Assembly: GCF_963921235.1 (NCBI RefSeq)
Contig: NC_086097.1
Span: forward strand, 141,424,001 to 141,488,000
Source: Mobula hypostoma
Lineage: Eukaryota
DNA length: 64,000 bases
Direction: 5' to 3'
Shown: positions 37,111 through 50,000 of the stretch, one piece after another
How the letters are laid out: every line of letters starts with the position of its first letter
Position numbering within the stretch: position 1 is the first letter of the stretch
Notes under the pieces: generated by a model
Seen by the model: the letters and a program-made list of their open reading frames with translations, nothing else
Databases searched by the model: none
What the model was told of the DNA's origin: nothing
Translations under genes and position numbers: made by a program

Positions 37111-39039
37111 TCCCACCACCATGTATTTTTATAGCTTCATAGCCAAACTGATCAATTGTTGTAGGGATTTATAAATTTCAGTTGAGACATTCCTAATATT
37201 TGGCATCATTGAATTCAGGAGTAGGAGTAAGACGAGGAGTAGGTTACCTGGTCTCTTCAATGTGATCAGTCTGATCTACTCCAGGCCTCAACTTCTTCTT
37301 AATGCCAGATCCCCATGGCCTTCAATCCCTCAATCTTTCAAAATTTCATCTTACTTTACTTAAAATGCTTCTAATGAGTTAACCTCCATGAGTTTCTGGG
37401 ACAGAGAATTAAGAGATTTGCCATTCTGTGCTGCAGAGCTGGTATAATTCCGGTTATCCTGCACATCTTCAGCAAGACGTTAGATTAATAAGCATCTTAC
37501 AGGTTCAGATTTTACTTTGAGATTCTATCTGGCTCCTCATTTCTAATTTTGGGGTCTACATGATCATTTTTCTCTTTTAAATACGTCTGGATTTGAACAA
37601 TTTGTTTAACTATTGGCAAAAGGATACATGACACTCTCCATCAGTTGATGAAATTAATTTCTATTTTAGCACTTCTTTGCAATAAATTCCACACTAAAAT
37701 CAGAGAGTGTACTGTTGTGATTCTTATAAACACCTCTTTTAATGACTTTGGTAATAGAAGACTTTTTATTTGAACTTGTGTAATCACAGCAGGAGTCCTC
37801 CTTGGTTAAACACTCTGCCTGGTCCCTTGGAGAAAGCTCTACAGATGGTGTGAGCTCATTCTTTTTCATGCTGAGGTGTTGCCTTGTTTCCACAGGATAT
37901 AAAGTATGAGCTGATGTGAACAAACTAGTGCAACAGGAACTATTACCTAAATAAGAACCACAAAGTAGAACATTTTATGTTGCCAACATAAGTAGCTTAG
38001 ATTCTGAACAATAACATATATCAAACTCATCTGATCAATATACATATTAATATACAAACTAATTCAGTTTTTTCGTCATTTAAATTACTTGTATTAAAAT
38101 TAACCTATTTGAAAATGTAGTTCTTAGTTATCTGTGATACTTTTAAACAATCAAATAATTTGAAAAAAAAGCAATGATATCAGGTCACTCACATTTTTTA
38201 TTTGTTGTATCATCTTGGATTCATCATAAAATGCTTAATTAGAATTTGATTATGGTGTCTAACTGCTATTTTAAGAACTAGTTTTCATATTTTGGAAAAA
38301 TAATATTTGTCAAGTTCTAAGTATGAGGCTGTAAATTATATTGCAAATTAATTTTACACAATTGTTTGAATAGTTTTCTCAAATTGGTATTATGTAAACT
38401 CAGAGAACAGTGGTCTTAAGAGTTTGGGCTTCGATGACTGATAGTTGTTAGTAAATTGGGTCTGTAGCGTCTTCTCAGTACTGTCCTTTGATTAGACAGC
38501 GTGTCATTAGTGCCAGTCAGTAGGGTGGCTGGTGACTACTTTCACTTTTTATAGTTCATGAAGAGTATGGAAGCAATACAGCTGGTGAACTTGGTCCCTT
38601 AGAATTACCACAGTGATATACAACTAGCAGTCTTGGAGCTTGAGCACTGACTAAAGACTGAAAGTTACATGGAAAGCCTATTTTTTTTTTAAAAAAAGAG
38701 ATGGTCATGCCGCAGCTTAAGGAAAAGGAGTCAAAAAGGAATGGTGACTTCCAGACAGAGAATATGAGCCAGGCAGACAGTCAGTAAACCTCTGATGCAT
38801 CTTGATCAATTGGCATTTCAAATGGTGAGAGTGACTTTATCTCTGAAAACTCCAGACAGATCTGATGTGGACGTAAATCCAAGATGGTGTGTCTACATTA
38901 ATGGATCTGGAGCCAAGGGTCTTATCAATAGTTGCAGGCCATTCTACATTGAGCGGGTAAATTGTCATTTGTTCTAACAACACAGGAAAAAGATAGATGA
39001 AGTGCTGCAAAATAAATTTAGGAAGCTAGGTCACAGATT

Positions 39040-41730
39040 AATCAGAATCAGAAATCAGCTTGATTATTATTGACATCTGTAGTGAAGTCTGTTAACTTGT
39101 GGCAGCTGCACAGTGCACAACATAAAATTATTCAAGCTACAATAAATAAATAGAGCATAGGAGTAGTAACCAAGTAGAGTTCATGGACTGTTCGGAAATA
39201 TGATGGCAGAGGGGACAAATTTGTTCCTAAAACATTGAGTGTGAGTCTTCAAGCTCATGTACCTCCTCTCTGATGGTAATAATGAGAAGAGGACATGTCC
39301 TGGATGGTAAGGGTCTTTAATCAGGATCAGAATCAGGTTTAATATCACAGGCATATTTCATGATGTTTGTTGTTTTGTGCCAGCAGTGCAGTGCAATAAA
39401 TAATAATAAAAAAAAAACATAATTTACAAAGAAAAATATACATAGTATTTAAATTAAATAAGTAGTGCAAAAAGAGAGAGAATAAAGAAAAATAGTAAGG
39501 TTGTGTACGTGGGTTAATTCACCTCTCAGTAATCTGATGGTGGAGGGGAAGAAGCTGTTCCGAAAACATTGAGTGCATGTCTTCAGGCTCCTAAGCCTCC
39601 TCCTGAATGGTAACAATAAGAGGACATGCCCTGGGTGATGGGGATCCCTAACGATAGATGGAGCATTCTTGAGACTTCTCCTTTTGAGGATGTATTCAAT
39701 GTTTGGGAGGCTAGTGCCTATGATGGAGCTGGCTGAGTTTGCAAACTTCTGCAGATTTTCCCAATCCTGTGCTGCCCCTCCATACCAGATGGTGAGGTAA
39801 CCAGTTAGGATGCACTTCATGTACATCTGTAAAAATTTGCTGGCGTCTTTGGTGACATACCAGGTCTCCTCAGACTTCTAATAAAATATAGCTGCTGTCA
39901 TGCCCTTTTGTAATTTCATCAATGTGTTGGGCTCAGGATAAATCTTCAGAGTTGTTGACACCCAGGAACGAGAAACTGCTCACCCACTGCAGATCCTCGT
40001 TGAGGACTTGTGTGTGTTCCTTCGACTTACCCTTCCTGAATTCCATCATCAATTCTCTGGTCTTGTTGATGTTGGGTGCAAGGTTGTTGTTGCAACACCA
40101 CTCAACCAGCTGATCTGTCTCAATGCTGCATCTCTCCTCGTCAACGTCTGAAATTTTACAACAATATTTGTGTCTCCGGGAAATTTATAGATAGTGTTTA
40201 AGCTGTGCCTAGCCACACAGTCATGGGTGTGGAGAGAATACAGCAGTGAGAGAAGCACATATTCCTGACATGCACTAGTGTTGTCAGCAAGATGGTGTTA
40301 TTTCTGATTTGCACTGTGGTTTTCCAATGAGGAAGTCAAGGATCCAGTGCAGAGGGAGGTACAGAGGCCCAGGTTTTGCAGCTTGTTGATTAGTACTAAG
40401 GATGAATAGTAATGATTATACTTCTTAAGGAATTGCCTCTTGAAGATGTCCTCAATGGTGCGGAGGGTTCTGCCGATGATGGAGCTGCCCAAGTCCACGA
40501 TCCTCTTTTAATCCTATACATTGGAGCCGGATGTACACCTTGCTGTTGTCTAAGTGTTCAAAAGCCAGGTGGAAGTCAATGAGATCACACCCACTGTAGA
40601 CCATCGTGGTGTTAGGCAAACTGCAGCAGGTCCAGGTCTTGCTCAATTGGGAGTTATTTCTAGCCATGACCAACTTCTTAAAGCACCTAATCGCAGTAGA
40701 TGCAAGTGCAAATCGGGTGAGGTTGCTCACCCTGCTATTTTGTACACTGGTATGATTGCTGTCCTGAATCAGGTGCGAATCTTCGATTGCAGCAGTAAGA
40801 GTTTGATGATGTCCTTGAACACTCCAGCTAGCTGGTCTGAACAGATTTTCCGTACCTATCAGGTACACCACTGAGAACTAACGCCTTTCAAGCATTCATC
40901 CTCATGAAGAATGTTCTGATGTCAACTTCCAAGACAGATCACAGGATGGCCAGATGCTGAGGGCATATGCACAGGTGTAATGTTATACTCTCTTTGGAAA
41001 CATGCATGAACATCACAGCCAGCTAGGTTTTGCCTTATAGAATGTTATGGCATGCAAAGCCTGCCATAGCTGTCGTGCATACAGTTGGGTCTCTAATTTC
41101 ACATGGAATTGATTTTTTTCCTGTTCTCATGATGGCCTTCCCTCGGTTGTACCTGGACTTCTTGTGGTGCTCTGAATCACCAGTCTCGAATAGCACAGAT
41201 CTAGCCCTCAGCTGACTGCAAATCTCCTGTGTTCAATCCAGGTTTCTGGTTTGGGAAAACTTCATATGTTCTCAAAAGCAAATGCTCATCCATGCATGCC
41301 ATGAAGTTAGCGATGACTGTGTTGTATTCATTTAAATCTGAAGATGATCCCTGAATATGGTCCGTCCACCAATTGAAGAGAAACCTGTAAATGCTCCTCC
41401 GCCTTCCCTGACCATACCTTCGCAGTCCTCACCACTGGTGGTGTGGCCCTCAGTCTCTGCCTATGTACTGGGAGTAGAAGTACAGCTACGTGATCGAACT
41501 TGCCAAAGCGCAGGGGTGGGATAACATGGTATGCATTCTTAATGGAGGTGTAACAGTGATTGAATGTGTTGACTCTACTGGTTCTGCAAGGTAGCATGTT
41601 GGTGGTAGTTTGTCTGAGATTTCTTCAAGCCAGCCCGGTTGAAGTCCACCCCCCCACCCCCCAATGATCGGAATGCATCAGGGTTCACTGTTTTGTGCCT
41701 GGTGATCACATGCTCAGTTTCTTGAGTGTT
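39040..41730 (-). mobile_element. Decayed Rex1/Babar-type LINE pieces (tails, RT, endonuclease region)
   Basis: (TCAGAA)n tails at about 39045 and 39325; motifs FRNSFFPSTIRLL, ALASTAIRCFKKLV and DHCY/FGKFDHVAVLLLP-like. Confidence 0.75.
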
Positions 41731-43799
41731 AGCATGACCTTTACCAGGTTGTAGTCTTTGGGTTAACTCTGCCATGGATGATCCCAAGCCCCGCTGTGAA
41801 AGGAAGAGGGTTGTGTATGGGGCTAGCACCCCATTCTGTAAAAACCTAGAGCTACAGAAGCTCCAAAGACTCTCCCAGGGAGAGGATGATTTTCGCCTAG
41901 AAGACATATGAAGTGTTGTGGTGGAAACTGCAAGTCTGTGGAAGCCATAGGGCTGATCAACCTTCTAAAAGAGAGAACAGCCAAAGGATACCTGGCAACA
42001 TGACCTTGAAGCTGATGCCAAGAAGATCTATTTGTTCTATACTTGGGGACAACCTGACCAGAGCAGAAGACTCTAGTGAGCTTCTGTCAGTGGCCCATGC
42101 CCCAGAAAAGCTGATGGTCTTAAGAATCACCACCTCTGGATTGATTCCTATGCCTCACACTCAGTGAGTGATAGAAAGACATGTCAGCTGTGTGTCTAAA
42201 GGGATGTGTAGGAGGCAGGGATTCAGTATCCTGGATCATTGGAATTGCTTTTGGGGAAGTTGCAACATTTTACTATAACAATCTGGAGGTACCTGAATGG
42301 AAATGGATCCAAAATCCTTGCAGGGAGGTTTGCTGATGCTGCTGTAAAGGGTTTGAACTAATTCGGCAGCAAATTCACTCCCCCTCTGACCTTGCTGTCT
42401 GTACACATCTGCACTGTTTCAATAAGCTCCTTACATTGAGGCAGAATTGAGGCCAGGAACATCAACTCATCTCAGTCGACTATCTATTCATTTCCATTGA
42501 TGCTGCCTGACTGGCTAAGTTCCTCCAGCATTTGTGTGTGTTGCTTTGGACTTCTTGCATCTGCAGATTTCTCATGTTTACCATCTTCTACCTGCTAATT
42601 TTTCCAAATTATATTATGTTCAAATTCCATCTTACAAATTCTCTACCTTCCTGTCTCATCTCTGACAAAAACATCTTTTTTTTCCACCACTGGCAGCCAG
42701 CCTTCATCTCCCTTGCCTTTCAACACCAGAATTTTTCACTGAACCTCTAAATACATACAGATAATGCTCCAGACTTGGTTCAGACACCATCCACTGTCTG
42801 ATTATGCCTCTGTGATGCACCTTAAGAATTTTTTTTTACTAAATTATAAAACAAATTCTATTGGGTAATGCTATAAGCTTTGATTGTGGTGTCCTTTGGC
42901 TCTCTTGACATCTCTTCTTGGGGTTATATACTTCTCTCCCTTTCAACCCAAATAGCTTTACCACGTGTATTTTTGGTAAGGTAATGGTCAATTCTACTCC
43001 TTATAAACATTGTATGCATCTTCTCCAATTCTAGCACAGCATCTTTTCCCTTTTCCTCTCTGCTATCATTTAGCTCTTTCACTTCACAGCTCCTCCAGCA
43101 AGAGCATCTCCATCCACTGTATGACACATAGTGGTATCATATTCTTAGTCTAAACCCTATCAGGGATATGCCCCTTCCACTTCACCCCCTTCTATGTAAC
43201 TTACTAGATTTGATTTCTACTTTTCCTCCATTCTGATGAAAGGCTGGTAACCTTTATAAAGAGGCTGCCTGTTCTCTCGAGTATTTCCATCATGATGTCA
43301 CTGTTTAAAATAATTTCCTGTAGAGTTCAACAAATAAAGTAAATTGTTAAACCCAAGTAATTTAAGGAAACACATTGTTGAATAAGAGGCTTCCATTCAC
43401 AGTGGCCTCACTCTAAGGAAAGTGCAATCCAACATTAACTCAGGTTACTTCTCCTTGGTGTAAACATATTGGAACTGCCACAGGCTTTTTTTTTTACAAT
43501 AACGTACTGGATGAAGAAACATGCACATTTTTAAAAACTTCCATTATCAATTTGTGCTAAATAGATAATGAAAACTGTTGCTGAAAAATCAAATTGATCA
43601 AATATGATCATTATTAATCTTTAAATTATTTCAAATTTATCTGGTTAAGTATTTACCTATACCCTAGACGCAAGAAAAAATACATGCAGAAAGTTGATGT
43701 TCAGAGAATTATTTTTATTTTACAGGCCATCAATTATTAGAAACAACCAGCATCTCATATTAAACATGGAGAAACTTAATGCATGCATACTGTAATTCA

Positions 43800-44580
43800 A
43801 ATTGCTGGATAAGATGTAGCAAATAATCTGCTGGATGAACTCAGTGAGGGGAAAGTTATCAAAATTCTACATCAAGACTAAGAGTGGAGAGGGGAATATA
43901 GCCAGTAAAGGGGGGGGGAGGTTGGTAAGCAAAGACCAGAGAGGATTACTGTACTGATGGGGTGAATGATGATGGATAGATGGAGCCAGACAAGGAAGGG
44001 GAGGGGTGGAGCTGAAGTCATACATACATGGATAACAATGAAGGTAGACAAGTAAAGAAGCAGAGGCACATGGATTCAAGTGCGGGAGGGGAGAGTGCAG
44101 GAAGAGGCTGAGGGGATGGTGATCATCAGGAACACAGAGGTTACTGGTGTTGAAATTTAATGTGAGGAAAGTGATCATAGGAACCATTAGGAATGAGGTG
44201 AAAGGCACATGGAATCAGAACCAGATTGGGTGGTGTGTGGTTGGTGAGATGGGGGAGAGCAGGCAGATGAGATGTGTGGATTTTGGGTTGATGGAACTGG
44301 GAGGGGAGTATGGAAAGGAGACAGGGCAGGGAAGAAACTCACTGGAGGTGATGGTCACCTGAAATTGAGAAGTTTAATGTTCGTACTATTGGGCTGTATA
44401 TTGCTCAGGTGGAATACAAAGTGTTGTTCCTCTAGCTTGTGTTGGGCCTCACTATGGTTGTCAAGAACAGACAAGTTAGTGTGGAAATGGGAAAGGAAGT
44501 TGAAACATCTGCTCAAACGGCTGAGTTCCACTTGCAGATTGTGTGTTACTCCAGATTTCAGTATCAGCAGTCTCTTAAGT
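43800..44580 (-). mobile_element. Penelope-like element 3' fragment with an inverted terminal piece
   Basis: Minus-strand HKLEEQHFVFHLSNIQPNSTNI is homologous to the 20.5-kb GIY-YIG tail. 44520-44575 is a terminal-repeat piece in the opposite orientation. Confidence 0.65.
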
Positions 44581-45087
44581 CTCCTCTGGAGAAGATATGT
44601 TATGTTAAAATGTACAACCAGAAACAACATGAAGTTCATTATAACTCTACTGCAAAGTAACAGATGCTTCAAAGCAATATGCCTATTACTGTTTTTGAAC
44701 AGTAGAGGAAAGGACATTATTTGTGAAAATGAATGTGATCTGTGACTAACACAGTACTGCTGAGACACAAAAATGAACACCCCTTCAAAGTGTTCAAGTT
44801 TATTCTCTTCTCTAATTTACAGTCACAAATTTCAAAAGTAAAATTGGAAAGATAATGCATCTCCTGTAAGAGAAGGACCAATTGTTTGGCCCTTCAGTCA
44901 AAAGTAGATATTGTTACTTGAATGCTGTACGATATTTACCTTTCTTCAACACAGCTAAAGCTTTCAAAAGAATACTTTGATAATTTCAACCTTTCTAAAC
45001 ACATTATAATATTATTTGCAATGCATAAATATCCAAGTGCTTTAATGTGTCATTTGAAAGTAACCGCAGTACTCGGTCATGTAGTGC

Positions 45088-45093
45088 TTTATT
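45088..45093 (-). other. Candidate EPDR1 polyadenylation signal AATAAA (alternative at 44799-44804)
   Basis: tttatt on the + strand about 320 nt and about 600 nt downstream of the stop codon. Usage cannot be shown from sequence alone. Confidence 0.35.
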
Positions 45094-45407
45094 TGGGTTA
45101 CATCATTGCCCACACTTGTAAGCAGATATAAAGAGCCAACTACAACAAGATGAAATAATTTGTACAATTCTGTTAACGTATCTCAGTAATTATTTTCCCA
45201 GACACAAGCCCAGATCCAAGGTATGATTACATAACAGCTTAAGCTGGAAGAGAATACCCATTTCTTCTTGAAAACAACATATTGATCAGCATTTTGTTTG
45301 AGAGAGAAATAACCAACAGTTCCCTTATACATCACCACTCAAAAAGGGATTGTTAGTGACAGGAACACTATAAATCATGGTTTTGTTCTACAGGCCAATA
45401 CCTATAC

Positions 45408-45598
45408 TCAGCAGTCATCGTTCATCTCTTCTGGGCTAGCTGCCTGACAGGTGCTGGGTGGGGTGAACACAGATGGATCGCTAATCCCTAAACGCAGATC
45501 AAAAAAGCGTGTAGAACTTGTAACATTGTAGCTCTTGGTGTAAGTTTCTTGCACTGGATAGCAATCCTTTACAGTGTAAACTCCAACCCATGTTTCAA
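45408..45598 (-). CDS. EPDR1: EPDR1 coding exon 3 (terminal)
   Basis: Acceptor ttttccacag|TT at 45598. Encodes ETWVGVYTVKDCYPVQETYTKSYNVTSSTRFFDLRLGISDPSVFTPPSTC...DDC, then TGA at 45410-45408. Spliced CDS is 272+209+191=672 nt, i.e. 223 aa plus stop, with six conserved-type Cys and sequons NST and NVT. Confidence 0.97.
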
Positions 45599-45995
45599 CT
45601 GTGGAAAACAAGCAGAAATACAAAAAAAGATAAAAGTAGCCCAATGTTATTTTGAGATATAATCAATCATTTACATACCAAAATTAAAACAGGAAATTAT
45701 AACCCAAAACAAAACCTAGATCAACTGGGAAAGTGGGCAAAAGAATTGTAGATGGACTATTTTGGGAAGTTAAGACAGGGTAGGAGTTGCACAGTAAATA
45801 GCAGGACATTGGGGAATACCATACAGCAGAGACACCTTGGAGTACAAATACAGTTTACCAAAAGTAATGACAGAGGTACAGTATATAAGGTGGTGAATAA
45901 GGCGTATGATATGTCTGCCTTCATTGATGGGGCATTGACTGTAAGAGTTGAGATGTCATGCTACAGCCTCTGGTGAAAGAGACCTGGAATATTGT

Positions 45996-46197
45996 GACAA
46001 ACAAGAGAGAATCTGCAGATGCTGGAAATCCAAGCAACACACACAACATGCTGGAGGAACTCAGCAGGCCAGGCAGCATCTATGGAAAAAAGTGCAGTCG
46101 GCGTTTCAGGTCCTGCTGAAGGGTCTCGGCCAAAAATGTCAACTGTACTTTTCCCCATTGATGCTGCCTGGCCTGCTGAGTTCTTCCAGCATTTTGT
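45996..46197. mobile_element. Short fold-back Penelope-like insertion
   Basis: Inverted arms about 46045-46108 and 46131-46197; 12-bp TSD CTGGAATATTGT (45984-45995, 46198-46209). Confidence 0.8.
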
Positions 46198-46846
46198 CTG
46201 GAATATTGTTTGCAGTTCTGGTAGTCACATTAAAGGAAGGCTGTGATTAAGCCAGAGAGGGTGCAGAAAAGACTTAAGGATATTGCCAGGATTGGTGAGC
46301 TTGAGTTATGAGGAGAGACTGGATAGGCTGGGACTGTTTTCCCCTGGAGTGAAGGTTGCTGAGGAGTGAGGGGTATAGATAAGGTAGATGGTCACAATAT
46401 TATCCAAGGGTAGAGAAGACTAAAACTAGTGGGTATTAGACAATAGATGCAGGAGTAGGCCATTCGGCCCTTCGAGCCAGCACCGCCATTCACTGTGATC
46501 ATGGCTGATCATCCACTATCAGTATCCAGTTCCTGCCTTATCCCCATAACCTTTGATTCCACTATCTTTAAGAGCTCTATCCTTCTCTATTTTGAAAGCA
46601 TCCAGAGACTTGGCCTCCACAGCCTTCTGGGGCAGAGCATTCCATATATCCACCACTCTCTGGGTGAAAAAGGTATTGGTGCAAGTTGAGAAGGGATAGA
46701 TATAAAGGGGACCCAAGAAGTTAAGTTTTTGATACAGAGGGTGTTGAGTATATGGAACAAGCTGCCTGAGGAAGTGGTAGAAGAGGTACATTTACAACAC
46801 ATTAAAAATACATCGAGACAACTTCATGAATCAGAAGGTTTCAGAG

Positions 46847-47035
46847 CAGGGGTCGGCAACCTTTTTGCCTCTGTGGTCCGGATCGCGTTTAATGAGCGGA
46901 TGGGTGGGCTAGATAAATGCCATAAAAAACGAAATATGGGAATTATCCATTTAAATACATCTAGTTATGTTCTGCCTCAAATTAATGAATAACGCATGCT
47001 AGAAAATCATTTGTGCTCAAGGTTTCCTACCCTTG
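46847..47035. mobile_element. hAT (Charlie-like) MITE, 189 bp
   Basis: TIRs CAGGGGTCGGCAACCTT and AAGGTTTCCTACCCTTG (14/17 match); 8-bp TSD TTTCAGAG/TTTTAGAG. Confidence 0.75.
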
Positions 47036-50000
47036 TTTTAGAGGAATACGAGTCAAAATGTAGAGAAATGGGACAAGCTTAGAGAGGCTCATTTCTGTGT
47101 TATGTAATTCTATGACTCCGAGGTCAGATAGCAGCCGTGGAAAGAGAAACAAAATGTTTCGGGTCTGGGCCCTTATCAGAACTGGGAAAGATATAGATCT
47201 GTTTCCACAAATACTGCTGGACTCGCTGAAAGTATTTGGTTTTTATTATAGATTTCCAACATCTACAAGTGTTAAATTTTAAATTGTCAAAGTGCATTCC
47301 CTCACAGTTAACCTGCCTGCTAACTTGTTATGATTCGTGTATTGCAACACCTCCATCTCTCCAAACTTCACTCATTTGCAGTCTCTCAGTTTAGATAACA
47401 ATTTGACTTTTACTTCTGCGTAAGTTATGGTAAGGTAAGAGTTTAAGACAACATCTGGGTAAGAATAGTCTGGGGCAGTTGCAGTCAAGTAAGACCGCCT
47501 CTGTTCACTACAGATGAGATAGGAATAACGGAAAGATCTGAAACACACCCAACAACTAAAGGATAAATGCTTCACTAACTTCAAAATATCATCGGTTGTC
47601 AGCTTGAAGTTTCGATTGACTTTTAATACCTCAGTTGAGAACGGTGATTGATCTTGTAAGGAATTCAAACATATACAGTACAATTTACCAAGTGGTCAAT
47701 ATCGGTAACTGATATGTCAATTCTGTCTGTAAAAAAAATAGCAGTATCTGTTCAGACTTCAGAACAGTGTGTGTGACAGGGGCCCATGCCGATCTTCTGG
47801 TGTACAAGTGGTGTGTGTGTGTGTGTCCTGGGCCCAGTTATTTCAGTTACTTTATTTTATTATCAGCGATGACAATTTCTCTTACTTAAGTGCATGACAT
47901 CACATTTTGTCATATTAAACTTCCTTTGCCAGGTTTTCACCAAATTATTCACTTATTTAGTCTCTCCTCCCCCTCCCCCACCCCACACACAAATTCTACA
48001 ACAGCAAATTTAATTTTACATCTCAAATTATTGGGTAGTGATCTGTGAATTCTGTAAGGGTGAATATCTATAATCTGAATATCTTACCCTTTTATAAAAT
48101 ATCACAATAGACCATTTCACCTATTTTCATATCATCTGCAAACTTGGAAACTCTACATTTGTCCACTCAACCATGTCAATAATGTAATTAGTAAGTGATT
48201 TCAGGCCAAGAACAATTGCCAAGGTACTCCATTTGTTTTATCCTCCAACCAGAAAAGGACCCATTTCTCCAACTCTGTTTTCTATGTGATGGCCAGTTTT
48301 CAATCGATGATACTTTTGGCACTTTGGGCTTTTAATTCAAGCACTGGCCTCTTTTGAGGCATGCTGTCAAATGCCTTTTGGAAATCTAAATACAGTAGAT
48401 TTCTCTCTTTCAATGCTCCATGTCATATCTTCAACAAATTAAAGCAGATTTATCAAGCATGATTTACGTCTCATACTGACCCATGAGTTATTTCCTCTTT
48501 AATTATTGAATTTTACAAGTTAATTTACAAGAGGGTCACCTTGGCTGATTTCCAATCTTCCAGTACCTTCTCTGAATTCCAGTACCAATTCTGAACATTT
48601 TCAACCAATTTATCCACTATCTCTTCAATTTAAGTTTACATTAACTTATGCTTGTCCTCCTCTTATAATGTACAGTATTGTTGCAAAAGGTAATTTTGTT
48701 GGGATTTATATGCTGTGTATGTACACCTATAATAAGCTTGAACTTAAGGCAGTCCTTTTAAGCCTTTGAGCACAAACTACAAGGTTCCAGTGATTTTTTT
48801 TCCCCTTTAGTACCGTGAGTTTCTTGAATATTTTATCTTTTGTGATTGGGATAGTTACAAGATCCCTCAACTATTACCTTAGGGATTTTCATACAGTGCT
48901 CTTTAGTGAAGATCGATGGCAAAGGATTGATTTAACGTGTCTGCCATGCTAATCAGTAGGAGTAAACAGGTCAACAAATAGACAGGCAAGCTAAGCCCTT
49001 AGCAGGCATGTTATGTCTGAAGGTCAACAATGCAACAAGTCAGGACGTTACTATATTGCTTTTGGCGACCTCAGAAGAACTTCAGCAAATTGCAAGCATC
49101 AGAGGGAAGCTGTGGATATATGCAAAAGCGACTGAGGTCCAAGATAGTGACTGGAGAATAGGACTGCAGGGGAGTGAAGGGCTGAGTGAAGAATTTAGAG
49201 GAAGAATGCATCCAGAAGTGATGATAGGTGTCACGTTGTCTGCCAGGAAAGCCATGAAACAGCAAGAATAAGAGAAGAGCACCGAGAAAGGAAGAAATTA
49301 TTGACTCAGGTTCAAAAGCAGACTAGATGAGGTTTTGTTTGAGTTGCAGGTAAGACAACAAATTAACAGACCAAGGCTTGAACCGAGAAATTTCTGCCTG
49401 AAAGGTCAAATCTGAGCATGAGACGTTAGTTCATTAATTGAAACTAGTTAGTTTGACACCAGCTGATGGCTGATTTTGGTCATCCCAGCTACACATAAAC
49501 CAAGAAGGAATCTTCAGCAGCTAGCCAATGCTAAGAGTAGGAAATAAAAACAACATTCATGGTTTAATTTAACATTCCCACAAAAAGTACAGAGCAGAAC
49601 ATCAAAGTTAAAGACCCAAGATAACAAGTTAAATAGAGAACAAGACAAAAAACAAGAACAAAGACCCAAGACACCAAGAGGTTAATGAAGCAGAAAGCCA
49701 AGGAATGGAGAGCATGTGAGTGAAATCAGGGGAAAAAAAAGGTCATTATCAAATTGCCACAACAAACATTAAGAAAAATCCAGAGATGATTTCTAAGTTC
49801 ATAGAGGTATTGTACAAAAGGATAACTAAGGAAAGAATAGGGTCTATTAGGGACCACAAGATAGGCACATATAGAGTCATGTGTGGGTATGGTTCTCAAT
49901 GAGTATTTTGCAACCATCATCACAAGATGGGATGTCATTGCTGTAAGCTAAAGACACTAGTTTTTCAAATATTGGATGGAATAAACATAGCAAAAGAGAT

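Larger units (their letters stand above)
45710..47115. mobile_element. Decayed CR1 3' region in EPDR1 intron 2, with nested Penelope, CR1 (minus, about 46436-46672) and hAT insertions
   Basis: CR1 motifs LEYC.QFW and FFTQRVVDIWNALPQKAVEA. Confidence 0.7.

Noticed and set aside
45402..45413. EPDR1 ends TGC TGA GTA TAG; reading TGA as selenocysteine would give a C-terminal Cys-Sec-Val
   Set aside because: I could not see a SECIS-like element in the proximal 3' UTR and ependymins are not known selenoproteins, so an ordinary stop is simpler. A SECISearch run and ortholog alignment would settle it.
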